Virus record (IMG/VR): IMGVR_UViG_2630968342_000014
Length of the DNA stretch: 21,069 nucleotides
Origin: a virus
Lineage: Duplodnaviria; Heunggongvirae; Uroviricota; Caudoviricetes
Strand: one strand, 5' to 3'
Positions 1-7,915 of the stretch are shown one piece after another (position 1 is the stretch's first letter; every line of letters begins with the position of its first letter). The position numbers and the translations under genes are program-made. Below the pieces are notes generated by a model. The model was not told where the DNA came from, ran no database searches, and saw only the letters and a program-made list of their open reading frames with translations.

Positions 1-74
1 TCCGTAACGCCTCTGCCACGCGCGTAACGTGACAGGGATTAAGGGTAAACTAACTGATTTTACAAGTTTTTATT

Positions 75-1361
75 TTACCCCACTTTCTTATGGGGCATAC
101 ATGGGACACTTTCAGATAGTCTTTTGTTAAGGAGTTCTATCTGTTCGTGATTGTTGTCTTTCATCCATGCTCCGTAAACATTGAATACCATTTGTGCGTT
201 TATGTGGCCCATCTGGCTTGCGATAAAACTAGGATTAGCTCCAGCGGCAAGTGACCAGCATGCATAAGTATGCCTGGATTGGTACGATTTTCTGTGTCTC
301 AGACCTGCGCGTTTTAAGATACTTGTCCATGACTCCCTGATGGAGTCAACCTTGTAGTGAGGTCCGGACAACTGCTGCTGTTTTGTTACCTGAGGACTAA
401 AAACAAAAGTGCATTTATGCACAGCAGTTCTCCCATATTCCCTCTGCTTCACCTCTACAGAATGTTGCTTTCCAAGCATGGTCATTTCCGCCTGGCTTTT
501 AAGAGCATCAATAGCTGGTTGAACCAGATGAATTGTCCTTCCGGTGCCTGCATCGGTTTTTGGTGGAGTGAATTCGCCAAGTTTTGTATAATTTCTACGG
601 ATGGTTATAGTCCTTGCTTTAAGGTCTATATCTTCCCATGCCAGCGATACCAACTCCCCGTGACGAATACCCGTGTATACAGCGAGAATCCACAGGTTTT
701 TTGTTTGTTGATGACGGCAAGCCTCAATAAAACGAATAAATTCGTCACGGGTGAGAGGATCTGGTTTTACCTTGGACTTTTTTAAGGGAGCCAGACCGTT
801 AAATGGGTTTCCTGAGGTATAACCATTATCTGTTGCAAATTGAAACATTCCAGCTATGGTTGTCATATAGTAGTTTACCGTGACCACTGAGCGCCCTTTT
901 ATGGAAGAAGTCTTTCCATTAGAAAGCTTTTGGTAACCGGTCAACAAATCTCTCCTTACGAAAAGTAAATCCTCTTTTGTTATGGATGAAACCAGTTTTT
1001 TTTCACCTAACATTGGTAACATGTTTTTAATTACTGACTGGTAACGGTTAAGTGCATTCGCACAAATCTCAATTTTCTTAAGGTCCAACCATTTTTCCGA
1101 AAGTGCCTTAACGGTTATCTCTCTTTTTCCCAGACCAAAGTGTTTCAGGTTAGGGGAATTAGGGAACTGCGCGGCGTAGTCGAAACTCCCCATTCTGATT
1201 GCAAAACAAACGGAAGTGCGAAGTTCACCAGCGATCTTCCGGTTTTTGGCTGTGTCAGGAACACCGAGGTTTTCTCTGACACGTTTGCCATTATAGTGAA
1301 ACCATATACGGAGTGATCCTCCATGGTTTTCAACGCCTGTCGGGTATGATGCGTTACTCAT
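75..1361 (-). CDS. int: Phage tyrosine integrase (site-specific recombinase)
   Basis: 428-aa ORF at the window edge. C-terminal catalytic region has conserved Arg in TGIRHGEL, an R-H-T-Y motif (SRHTYACW) and a Tyr near the C-terminus (NVYGAWM), typical of the lambda-integrase family. N-terminus is basic, as for an arm-binding domain. Sits next to a small excisionase-like gene. Confidence 0.9.
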   Translation of the reverse strand: MSNASYPTGVENHGGSLRIWFHYNGKRVRENLGVPDTAKNRKIAGELRTSVCFAIRMGSFDYAAQFPNSPNLKHFGLGKREITVKALSEKWLDLKKIEICANALNRYQSVIKNMLPMLGEKKLVSSITKEDLLFVRRDLLTGYQKLSNGKTSSIKGRSVVTVNYYMTTIAGMFQFATDNGYTSGNPFNGLAPLKKSKVKPDPLTRDEFIRFIEACRHQQTKNLWILAVYTGIRHGELVSLAWEDIDLKARTITIRRNYTKLGEFTPPKTDAGTGRTIHLVQPAIDALKSQAEMTMLGKQHSVEVKQREYGRTAVHKCTFVFSPQVTKQQQLSGPHYKVDSIRESWTSILKRAGLRHRKSYQSRHTYACWSLAAGANPSFIASQMGHINAQMVFNVYGAWMKDNNHEQIELLNKRLSESVPCMPHKKVG

Positions 1362-1394
1362 TAAACCTCCCAGACGTCCAGGAGCATTAACAGG

Positions 1395-1649
1395 TTAACC
1401 GGAACTTGCATTTTTGGCACCTGGTTGTTTCTGGTTTTCGATCCATCGCATAATTTCTTCGATGTTGTACAGGCATTCACTGTAGTGCCCCGGATCACCT
1501 TCTACAGCGTAATGGCGGTATTCTTTTCCCTGCATCCATGACTTTCTTCTTGCCCGCTCAATGGTGCCAGGCTTTAGCCCTGTTGATGCAATGAGGACTC
1601 TCTCCGTACACCATTTGCTGGGGGTTATCTGATAGATGATTGTCTGCAT
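1395..1649 (-). CDS. xis: Excisionase-like small DNA-binding protein
   Basis: 84-aa basic ORF immediately upstream of int on the same strand. ATG at 1649 with GAGG Shine-Dalgarno. Position and size fit a prophage excisionase; family assignment is from memory, not searched. Confidence 0.6.
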   Translation of the reverse strand: MQTIIYQITPSKWCTERVLIASTGLKPGTIERARRKSWMQGKEYRHYAVEGDPGHYSECLYNIEEIMRWIENQKQPGAKNASSG

Positions 1650-1667
1650 GCCAACCTCATAAAATTT

Positions 1668-1802
1668 TCATCCACGGCAGTGGCACCACACTTCAACCAT
1701 TCGCTTCACAACTTCACGACAGTAGAAGCCGTCAACATCTCGCGTCAGGTCATAGCGATTGCCGTAACGCTGGTGGACCCATCGTTCAAATGCTTTATTC
1801 AT
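1668..1802 (-). CDS. Small hypothetical protein (44 aa), not in the ORF track
   Basis: Translated by hand: MNKAFERWVHQRYGNRYDLTRDVDGFYCREVVKRMVEVWCHCRG. ATG at 1802 preceded by AAGGAAG Shine-Dalgarno that overlaps the stop of the upstream gene; fills the gap between the 1806-2048 gene and xis in operon-like packing. Confidence 0.35.
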   Translation of the reverse strand: MNKAFERWVHQRYGNRYDLTRDVDGFYCREVVKRMVEVWCHCRG

Positions 1803-1805
1803 TCT

Positions 1806-2048
1806 TTACTTCCTTTTTATGGCTCGTAATTTTTTCAGGTGCTTTTCCTGCTCAGTGTCCGCGAGAATTTTGCGGTACTCCTGGTGGTCAATATGTTCGA
1901 ACAGGCAGTTTAACTCACCAATGCGTACCCGCCCGGATCGTCCGTCCATCCGTCGAAAGAACACTGAGTGCTCAGTGATGCGAGTAATCACCACGGGGTA
2001 TCCAGCTCTGTCCGTGTATATCTGACCGCGTTGAATCAAAGCGAACAT
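1806..2048 (-). CDS. Hypothetical phage protein (80 aa)
   Basis: The track ORF 1806-2084 begins at a TTG. The in-frame ATG at 2048 (MFALIQRGQIYTDRAG...) is preceded by a GGGGAT Shine-Dalgarno, so the shorter start is preferred. No recognisable domain. Confidence 0.5.
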   Translation of the reverse strand: MFALIQRGQIYTDRAGYPVVITRITEHSVFFRRMDGRSGRVRIGELNCLFEHIDHQEYRKILADTEQEKHLKKLRAIKRK

Positions 2049-2132
2049 GTGGTTATCCCCATCGACAAATCGAGAACACAACAAACGCTGCTGCGAATAC
2101 CACCCCCAGAGTTACGATTGCATCAGGCCAGC

Positions 2133-2966
2133 TCATTGATTCACCTCCTGCGGCGGTTCTGGCAGCGGCATCCAGTGGGTTACCTCCTTGAGATACAGGT
2201 CTTCGCCATCACCGTCATCCCAAGTGGGCTTGCCATCATTAAACCAGTCGCCATATACGCCGACCTGAGTGTTGGGGATGTTTGGTGGGTAGTTGTTTTT
2301 AAAGTCAGCAGCTAACACATAGCATTGTCGCTCTCCCATTTCTGGCATTCGCTCACTACAGCTTATCCAACCATCCGGAGTTACCGGAAGCGAGAACGGC
2401 AGCACATCTCTGTGAACAAGTTTTTGCTGTGACAGGTTATCCAGAACTTTCTGTACTGCTGCATCACCGAATACACCAAGCGCATCTGCCATAACTCCTA
2501 CAACCTGATAAGCCTCAGCGCATACCGTGGATAAACCATCCGGAATTACCGGAGAGTTGCCGGGTTCTTTAATGTGCAAGCGAGGCTCACCATCTTTTGG
2601 CTCAGGCCACTGGCGCTCCATGTTGATCTTCAATTTATCTTCCATAGCAGCGGTAATTTCAGCATCGCTGATGCCAGCACGGCGCTGTGCATCCCACAAC
2701 AGAAACTGCATATCAGCCCACTCGCTAAGATCGTCTGGTTCGGCTGCGGCTTCCAGTGCCTCTTTTGAGAGGTGTTTCAGTGGACCAATGGGGCCAACGC
2801 AGCCAAATGTGGAGTCAGACCATTTGGCATGCTCGTGGCGAATCTGTTCGCGTTCCAGTGATGCCAGTGCAATTCGTGCCAGTTCCATTTGTTCGCCACG
2901 AGTAAGCCCGTTTTCAAGCGGATTTTTAATGAACAATTCAATACGTTCTTTGGTAATAGTGGTCAT
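2133..2966 (-). CDS. Phage protein with DUF550-like N-terminus and DUF551-like C-terminus (putative dATP/dGTP pyrophosphohydrolase family)
   Basis: 277-aa ORF with ATG at 2966 and AAGGTGA Shine-Dalgarno. C-terminal motif ...EVTHWMPLPEPP matches the DUF551 signature as I recall it; the N-terminal half is acidic and helical, as in DUF550 proteins that co-occur with DUF551 in enterobacterial prophages. Assigned from memory. Confidence 0.65.
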   Translation of the reverse strand: MTTITKERIELFIKNPLENGLTRGEQMELARIALASLEREQIRHEHAKWSDSTFGCVGPIGPLKHLSKEALEAAAEPDDLSEWADMQFLLWDAQRRAGISDAEITAAMEDKLKINMERQWPEPKDGEPRLHIKEPGNSPVIPDGLSTVCAEAYQVVGVMADALGVFGDAAVQKVLDNLSQQKLVHRDVLPFSLPVTPDGWISCSERMPEMGERQCYVLAADFKNNYPPNIPNTQVGVYGDWFNDGKPTWDDGDGEDLYLKEVTHWMPLPEPPQEVNQ

Positions 2967-2968
2967 AG

Positions 2969-3160
2969 CTATTTCACCTTAATCTCAACATTTCGCAGTT
3001 TTAGCTCCACTGGCAGTTCTGACTTTCCGGTTAAAGCTAATGCGAGATTTTCTGGAGTAATGAGAGCTGTTATTGTTCTCCCCATCGCCAGACGAATAAT
3101 CATTCGTATCTCGCGATCGTCACATGCTCCCGGTCGAACAATTGAGATTTGTCCGTTCAT
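2969..3160 (-). CDS. Hypothetical phage protein (63 aa)
   Basis: The track ORF 2969-3181 starts at TTG. The in-frame ATG at 3160 is preceded by a strong AAGGAG Shine-Dalgarno and directly follows the stop of the upstream gene. Confidence 0.5.
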   Translation of the reverse strand: MNGQISIVRPGACDDREIRMIIRLAMGRTITALITPENLALALTGKSELPVELKLRNVEIKVK

Positions 3161-3161
3161 C

Positions 3162-3923
3162 TCACTCTCCTTTGATGCCAATGTTTACAGCCTTGCAAGC
3201 CTCTTTGAGTACCCAGTCAACAGCGTCTTTCCATGCTCCGGTTTCGACTGGCGGATTTTCACGCTTAACCTGTTCATAGAAGCGCACTGCTTTAACCAGT
3301 CCTTCCGGTACTACTGGCGATGGCTGTTTAGCTTCTAAATCAGCAATTCTGTCAACCACGGCATCGACAGCATCAGAAAAGCCGAACCAGTTACTCCACT
3401 CCGGCCTATCCCCGGTTGCTGCAAAGTACATATCAGCTAAAGCAGACTCAGCATGGTCACGCTCATTAATGAGTTGCTCTTCGCTTTTCTCCAGTTCAGC
3501 AATGCGCTTACTCCCATCCGAGATAACACCTTCGTAATACTCACGCTGCTCGTTGAGTTTTGATTTTTCTGCCTCAAGCTCAACGCGCAGCTTCCCTACC
3601 GTTAGCGAAATTTCCTCGTTCTCCTGGTCGCGGCGTTTGATGTATTGCTGGTTCCTTTCCCGTTCATCCAGTAGTGCCAGCACGGTAGCCGGGTTAGCCT
3701 CTGCTATGAATTCAGCGTTTGCATAAGCCTGAGCATCTGTTTCAATCAGGCAGTTAATATGACATTCCGCAATCACGCCACCGGGTTCTCCTTTCCATTT
3801 TTGGCAAACAAAAACTCCTGTTAAATTGCCGTGCTGGTTAACAGATGTATGCCCTACGATGTAGCTTCCTTTAGTTGCTTTCTCTGCCTTTTCACGCAGT
3901 ACCTGATAGTTAATGTTGCTCAC
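3162..3923 (-). CDS. Ead/Ea22-like protein
   Basis: 253-aa ORF. GTG start at 3923 with AAGGAGG Shine-Dalgarno 6 nt upstream. Central coiled-coil-like acidic region (ELEAEKSKLNEQREYYEGV...) and overall architecture resemble Ea22-family early-left proteins of lambdoid phages; from memory. Confidence 0.6.
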   Translation of the reverse strand: MSNINYQVLREKAEKATKGSYIVGHTSVNQHGNLTGVFVCQKWKGEPGGVIAECHINCLIETDAQAYANAEFIAEANPATVLALLDERERNQQYIKRRDQENEEISLTVGKLRVELEAEKSKLNEQREYYEGVISDGSKRIAELEKSEEQLINERDHAESALADMYFAATGDRPEWSNWFGFSDAVDAVVDRIADLEAKQPSPVVPEGLVKAVRFYEQVKRENPPVETGAWKDAVDWVLKEACKAVNIGIKGE

Positions 3924-3935
3924 TGGTTGCCTCCT

Positions 3936-4160
3936 TTACGGATCTGCGCTGCGATGCCACGAAAAAAAAGACTTTCGCGTATGACTGTTAAGAGCTGGCG
4001 CGAACGCCGCGTTAAGAACGGCGGCATCACAGCCGTCATCGATATAGAGCGCAATTTTTTTCTCCAGGCGTGCTTTGGCTTCCTGCAACTGCATATCCCG
4101 GCACGCACGCGGGATATACTCAGCAATTTGAGCGATAGATTTTTCGTTCTGTTTAAACAT
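3936..4160 (-). CDS. Hypothetical phage protein (74 aa)
   Basis: ATG at 4160 with GAGGTGA Shine-Dalgarno; ATGA-type overlap with the upstream gene. The overlapping track ORF 3920-4273 in another frame is Arg-rich and looks spurious. Confidence 0.55.
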   Translation of the reverse strand: MFKQNEKSIAQIAEYIPRACRDMQLQEAKARLEKKIALYIDDGCDAAVLNAAFAPALNSHTRKSFFSWHRSADP

Positions 4161-4356
4161 GCTTCACCTCGATAGGCTTGATGGTATCGATCAGCAGTCG
4201 GCGGCGAGTATTTTCTGCAAAGTGGCGGCGTCCGGTTTCTTTGTGGTAAAACTCGTTTTTTCCGACGACCCACATCCGCTTTGTCTGGTGCAGTTTTTTT
4301 ACCTGCGGACCGTCTCGGGTGATAACAATTCCTGTATGAGTTTTTATCACGCTCAT
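4153..4356 (-). CDS. Hypothetical small phage protein (67 aa), possibly YfdT-like
   Basis: ATG at 4356 overlaps the stop of the upstream gene (translational coupling). Position after the YfdS-like gene mirrors the CPS-53 yfdS-yfdT order. Confidence 0.5.
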   Translation of the reverse strand: MSVIKTHTGIVITRDGPQVKKLHQTKRMWVVGKNEFYHKETGRRHFAENTRRRLLIDTIKPIEVKHV

Positions 4357-4715
4357 TTTTTATTCTTCGGTGCTTTCGGCATTACTGCCCAGTGAGTGAT
4401 ATTGACGTTTTCAAGGTCCCCGACCTGAAATGTCCACTGCCATTCTCCGGTTTCTTTTTGTCCCCAGGTGTACCAGAGAGAACGCCAGCCAATTAGCCAG
4501 CCTTCTCCGTTAGCATCAAATAACAGAACACTTTCATTTGCTGGCGGCAGTTCAGCTGACACTGGTATTATTTTGTTTTCCAGTGCCGCACATTTAGCTT
4601 CAAGCGCATCGAATTTACGTACCAGGTACTCAGCATTTGTTTCATTCACTTTCAGATCTCGTGGTACACATTTCCCGCGAAGAAACCCTTCCATTTCGAA
4701 AACATTCATGCGCAT
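4353..4715 (-). CDS. YfdS-like phage protein (120 aa) with DUF551-like C-terminal motif
   Basis: ATG at 4715. Predicted coiled-coil N-terminus; C-terminal ...NITHWAVMPKAP resembles the HW-x-PLP signature seen in the 2133-2966 protein. Same size as E. coli CPS-53 YfdS as I recall. Confidence 0.55.
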   Translation of the reverse strand: MRMNVFEMEGFLRGKCVPRDLKVNETNAEYLVRKFDALEAKCAALENKIIPVSAELPPANESVLLFDANGEGWLIGWRSLWYTWGQKETGEWQWTFQVGDLENVNITHWAVMPKAPKNKK

Positions 4716-5242
4716 TTGCGTAACTCCGATAACTCGTTAAAACGTTCCATAAACATCCCGTAGGCATGGCCTGGTGACAGTGGAATAACTTTGAACATCT
4801 CTGTCGCCGGGATACCTTCCAGTACAGGCCAGAAAGAGCCATCATCAAGCCCGAGATCGCGACGTTCGGTTGCCAGCATAATGAGATCGGCATATTTCAC
4901 AGGCGTGCTCATAACAGGAGGTAACCCGTATTTCTCACGGATTACGGCGTCTATTTTTTCTTCCATCCGTTTATAGTCAGGAAGAAGGCGTTTCAGTGGA
5001 GCTGGGATGTCCTGGCAATACGCTTCTGTTGCATCATGCATTAACGCTTCAAAAGCAAATTCCTGCGGTACCAGCTGGCTGCAAAGCACCGCATGTTGGG
5101 CGACGCTGTAGAAGTGTGAAAGATGTCCTGCAAAGCGACAGATATTTGAAAGGGAAACCGCGATATCGTTAATCACGATGTCGTCTTTATTTATCCTGTC
5201 ATAATAAAAATGCTTCCCGGAAAAAGTTTTAATAAATGACAT
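4706..5242 (-). CDS. HD-domain phosphohydrolase, YfdR-like 5'-deoxynucleotidase
   Basis: HD-superfamily metal-binding motifs: His in HFYSVAQHA and His-Asp in EALMHDATEAY. The track ORF extends to 5305, but the in-frame ATG at 5242 (MSFIKTFSGK...) is preceded by GGAGAA Shine-Dalgarno, giving about 178 aa, the size of E. coli YfdR. Confidence 0.75.
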   Translation of the reverse strand: MSFIKTFSGKHFYYDRINKDDIVINDIAVSLSNICRFAGHLSHFYSVAQHAVLCSQLVPQEFAFEALMHDATEAYCQDIPAPLKRLLPDYKRMEEKIDAVIREKYGLPPVMSTPVKYADLIMLATERRDLGLDDGSFWPVLEGIPATEMFKVIPLSPGHAYGMFMERFNELSELRKCA

Positions 5243-5370
5243 TTTGTTCTCCACTTTATATGCGCTGCACCGCGCTGAATTTTGGTTAAAGAAAACCCTC
5301 GCCATCAGGCGATTATTGAGTCAATTATGTTTCCATAAATGCCCCCGCAGGGGCATTTGCAGTAATGAAA

Positions 5371-6195
5371 TCAGGCGGTGAAAGTACCAATAAAGGTTTC
5401 TGCTTTGCTGTCTTTAAATTTCTCAACAAGCAGATCACGAAATTCGTTAGCCATTTCTTCCTGCACTGCTTCCAGCTGAATAATGCGCAGAACCAGTACA
5501 GGACGATCGCCAGTGATAATGCTGAGGCGTAATTTAAACGGACGTTCTTTCAGGCCTTCAAACGGAACGCATTTAAATTCAAATGCCACTGGCATAATGT
5601 CTTTGGTCTTCGCTTCGACAGACTCCATCAGGGAGCGTTTGCCGCTGAAGTCATTATCTTCAAAATCAGCGGTCTGGTTTGCTTCAATCGTGATTTTACG
5701 GACTACCGCAGCCGCTTTTGTTGCCTTAATAGCGTCACCATTAGCATCAAAGCCCACAAGATAGTCGGCCCAGTCTTCAATCCATTCTGCCAGTGACTTC
5801 TGGGAGTTACGCTCGCCGTTAACAGACAACAGAGCAGAGAACGGTGCTGTCTTTTTCAGTTTGAGTGTGGCGGTGTTATCTGCGTGACCTGGTTCACCAA
5901 TAGTACCCAGGTTAAGCACACTGACGGCACGCATATTATCAGCATCGATAAAGCAGCGGGTGCCTTCATCTGCAAGATCTTTAGAATAACGGGTAAAGTC
6001 ATCGATGCTGGCAGTGGAAAGCGCACCACGGAAACGGAAGCGATTTAAATTAAATTTTTCCAGATCATGAATGCGGAAATTCTCAGGCAATGCCACAGCA
6101 TCGGCACCAATCTTACTGATAATTTCATTAACACCCTGAGCAGAAATAAGGGCATGGATTTGATTAATTGCGGTTGCGTCTAAGTTCTGAGACAT
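5371..6195 (-). CDS. YfdQ-like protein (DUF2303 family), function unknown
   Basis: 274-aa ORF, ATG at 6195 with GAGGA Shine-Dalgarno. Size and gene order (P-Q-R-S-T) match the CPS-53 yfdQ position; family name from memory. Confidence 0.6.
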   Translation of the reverse strand: MSQNLDATAINQIHALISAQGVNEIISKIGADAVALPENFRIHDLEKFNLNRFRFRGALSTASIDDFTRYSKDLADEGTRCFIDADNMRAVSVLNLGTIGEPGHADNTATLKLKKTAPFSALLSVNGERNSQKSLAEWIEDWADYLVGFDANGDAIKATKAAAVVRKITIEANQTADFEDNDFSGKRSLMESVEAKTKDIMPVAFEFKCVPFEGLKERPFKLRLSIITGDRPVLVLRIIQLEAVQEEMANEFRDLLVEKFKDSKAETFIGTFTA

Positions 6196-6260
6196 AATAA
6201 GTCCTCACTATATTAAGATATTCAGTGATGAGATAAATAATCAGTTAATTAAGAACGATA

Positions 6261-6623
6261 TTAATGACCTGCTGCGCGGAGTTTTCCGTCAGGTTCACCG
6301 GCAAGAGTCAGTAATTGTCCCTGGTCTTCCTGCAGAATAGTCAGGCGACCACCGCGATTGACATACATCGGCGTTTCGGTGGTGTCTTCTTCGGAAATTT
6401 TCCCGCGGTTAGTCGGACGAACATATGAGAGTTTGTGTTTTATTTTCACACGGTTCTCATCAAACGGTTCGATTTCCAGGTTGAGCGAGACCTTCCCTTT
6501 GGTTTTCGTGTTCATCACACCTGAAGCGACTTCACTGAGAACAGCGCCGATTTTGGTTTCAAATACGCCGCCGTCCAGCTCCCCGATAAATGCCTGCACA
6601 TCAGTACTGCGTTCGCTAGCCAT
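6261..6623 (-). CDS. YfdP-like small protein (120 aa), first gene of the early-left operon
   Basis: The track ORF 6261-6809 begins at a TTG with an implausible Cys/Arg-rich extension. The in-frame ATG giving MASERSTDVQAFIGELDGG... is preceded by GAGGAG Shine-Dalgarno. Start coordinate derived from ORF-track frame arithmetic (codon 63 of the track ORF). Confidence 0.6.
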   Translation of the reverse strand: MASERSTDVQAFIGELDGGVFETKIGAVLSEVASGVMNTKTKGKVSLNLEIEPFDENRVKIKHKLSYVRPTNRGKISEEDTTETPMYVNRGGRLTILQEDQGQLLTLAGEPDGKLRAAGH

Positions 6624-6760
6624 TTTGCTGCTCCTCATCATATCGACCCTGCAAGGTCGGTTGGTTTCTCCACAAAACAGAGAAGAACACCTGCGGTGGC
6701 AGCCGCCCGGATGGATTGGGTTATGAGCCCGTCGTCCGGTGATGCTCTTCTCTGTTTTGT

Positions 6761-6806
6761 AAAAAGAGCGGTACCAGCCGGAAGCAAGTGTACAAACTGG
6801 TACCGC
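6761..6806 (-). terminator. Candidate intrinsic terminator in the leader of the early-left operon (tL-like)
   Basis: Minus-strand RNA: GCGGUACCAG, 19-nt loop, CUGGUACCGC, then UCUUUUUAC. Perfect 10-bp GC-rich stem (plus 6768-6777 and 6797-6806) followed by a U-tract. The plus orientation has no U-tract. Confidence 0.45.
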
Positions 6807-7094
6807 CAAAGCAGTGGCTGTTGTGGTGACCGGTGCTGATCTCCGGCTTGCGGTTATTTCAGACTCTCACGGGCGTTTAATTGCCCCGCCGAACAGCTCT
6901 TTTCCGCAATAGCTGCAATGTCTTTCGCGCATCAGCCTGCGCATTCACCACAACTCTAAGGATTCTCTCTGGTTGAAAATACTTAGCTGTTATGTGCCTG
7001 CTTTTAGCCACATCAGGCGAGGTGGACCTGGTTATTCCCCAACAACAAGGATTCGGTTAATCTGGTTATCCCCAACAACGCAAAAGGAAAAGAA

Positions 7095-7529
7095 ATGTCC
7101 GGTAATATCTACACGTTGTACAAATCCCACTGTGAAAATGTTGGAAAGTATCGGGGCATTGAAATCAGTGGGATAGTGTCATCAGTCGAAATAAGCAAAG
7201 TGGAATCAAGGGCAACATTACTTACTCTTCTGGATCTTGTCTTACATGAGCACCGGAAGAAATTCGGCACTCCCTATAATCAGTTGAATGGGAAAAAGGC
7301 TCTGGTTCACCTTATTCTGATGAAGCATCACTGGATGCCAAAACAGATTAATGAGATGAAATTTGATGAACTTCTTCTTTCAATTCAGGATGAACTCACA
7401 CTTGATAAAATAAGCGTAACCGCCCAGAAATTTTTAGATTATCGAGACTGGAGATCACAAATTCATCACTTTGATGATTTTGACGAAAATGAATGGGATC
7501 CTAATTTGTCTGCACAATATCTAAAGTAA
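7095..7529 (+). CDS. Hypothetical accessory protein (144 aa), no recognisable domain
   Basis: ATG at 7095 with AAAAGGAAAAG Shine-Dalgarno. Visibly more AT-rich than flanking phage genes. Opposite orientation to the surrounding early-left genes; two 18-19-bp direct repeats lie just upstream and a plus-strand intrinsic terminator lies downstream. Confidence 0.55.
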   Translation: MSGNIYTLYKSHCENVGKYRGIEISGIVSSVEISKVESRATLLTLLDLVLHEHRKKFGTPYNQLNGKKALVHLILMKHHWMPKQINEMKFDELLLSIQDELTLDKISVTAQKFLDYRDWRSQIHHFDDFDENEWDPNLSAQYLK

Positions 7530-7765
7530 CATCCTGTGATAAAACCGTGATTTCCTGATCCAGTTTTTTTAAGGAGTCTATTGTTTCCTGTCGATAAGAC
7601 AGCACTTCACGAAGCTGGTTTATAGCTGCCAGCTTCTTTGTCATCCACTCATAAATTTACTCATCTGTGTAGCTAGGCGCGACGATTTTGGGTTCTGTTT
7701 TGTGCATTTCACACCTCCTCAAGTTATCAGTTACTTGTTGATGGGGACCAGATTGTTAAAGAGCT

Positions 7766-7789
7766 AAGCGTCCTGTAGGGCGCTTTTTT
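7766..7789 (+). terminator. Intrinsic terminator downstream of the 144-aa gene
   Basis: AAGCGTCC-TGTA-GGGCGCTT followed by TTTTTTG: 8-bp stem including one G-U pair, tetraloop, T-run. Oriented for plus-strand transcripts only. Confidence 0.5.
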
Positions 7790-7874
7790 GTTGCTAACGA
7801 ATCATCCTGGACTTCATATGCCCCAGGCGGCTACTTCGTGGGTGTCCTGCCTGTTCGTTGTCTTAACACCTTTA

Positions 7875-7915
7875 AGTTGTAATTTAGTTGTGGTTTTGAA
7901 TGTTGTCAACAACTT
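7875..7915 (-). promoter_or_regulatory. PL-like leftward promoter overlapped by OL-like operator motifs
   Basis: On the minus strand: TTGACA (complement of 7904-7909), 17-bp spacer, TAAATT (complement of 7881-7886). Flanked and overlapped by the operator motifs found between cI and cro (ACAACTTTATG at 7909-7919 and 9562-9572; AGTTGTGG at 7886-7893 and 9595-9602). Confidence 0.5.

Noticed and set aside
1-74. Prophage attachment site or tRNA 3' end at the left boundary next to int
   Set aside because: An att core or tRNA fragment is expected near the integrase, but 74 bp with no partner repeat in the window and no recognisable tRNA stem pattern cannot support a call; it needs the flanking host sequence and the other prophage end.
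357-785. 142-aa plus-strand ORF inside the integrase gene
   Set aside because: Lies entirely within the well-supported integrase CDS on the opposite strand; low-complexity composition and no Shine-Dalgarno. Treated as a chance antisense ORF.
3920-4273. 117-aa minus-strand ORF overlapping the 3936-4160 and 4153-4356 genes in another frame
   Set aside because: Arg/Lys-rich composition typical of an out-of-frame read-through of real genes; the two shorter ORFs each have their own Shine-Dalgarno and coupled starts.
6624-6809. N-terminal extension of the 182-aa ORF (TTG start at 6809)
   Set aside because: The extension is Cys/Arg-rich, begins at a non-ATG codon, and spans the structured leader; the internal ATG with a GAGGAG Shine-Dalgarno is the more plausible start.
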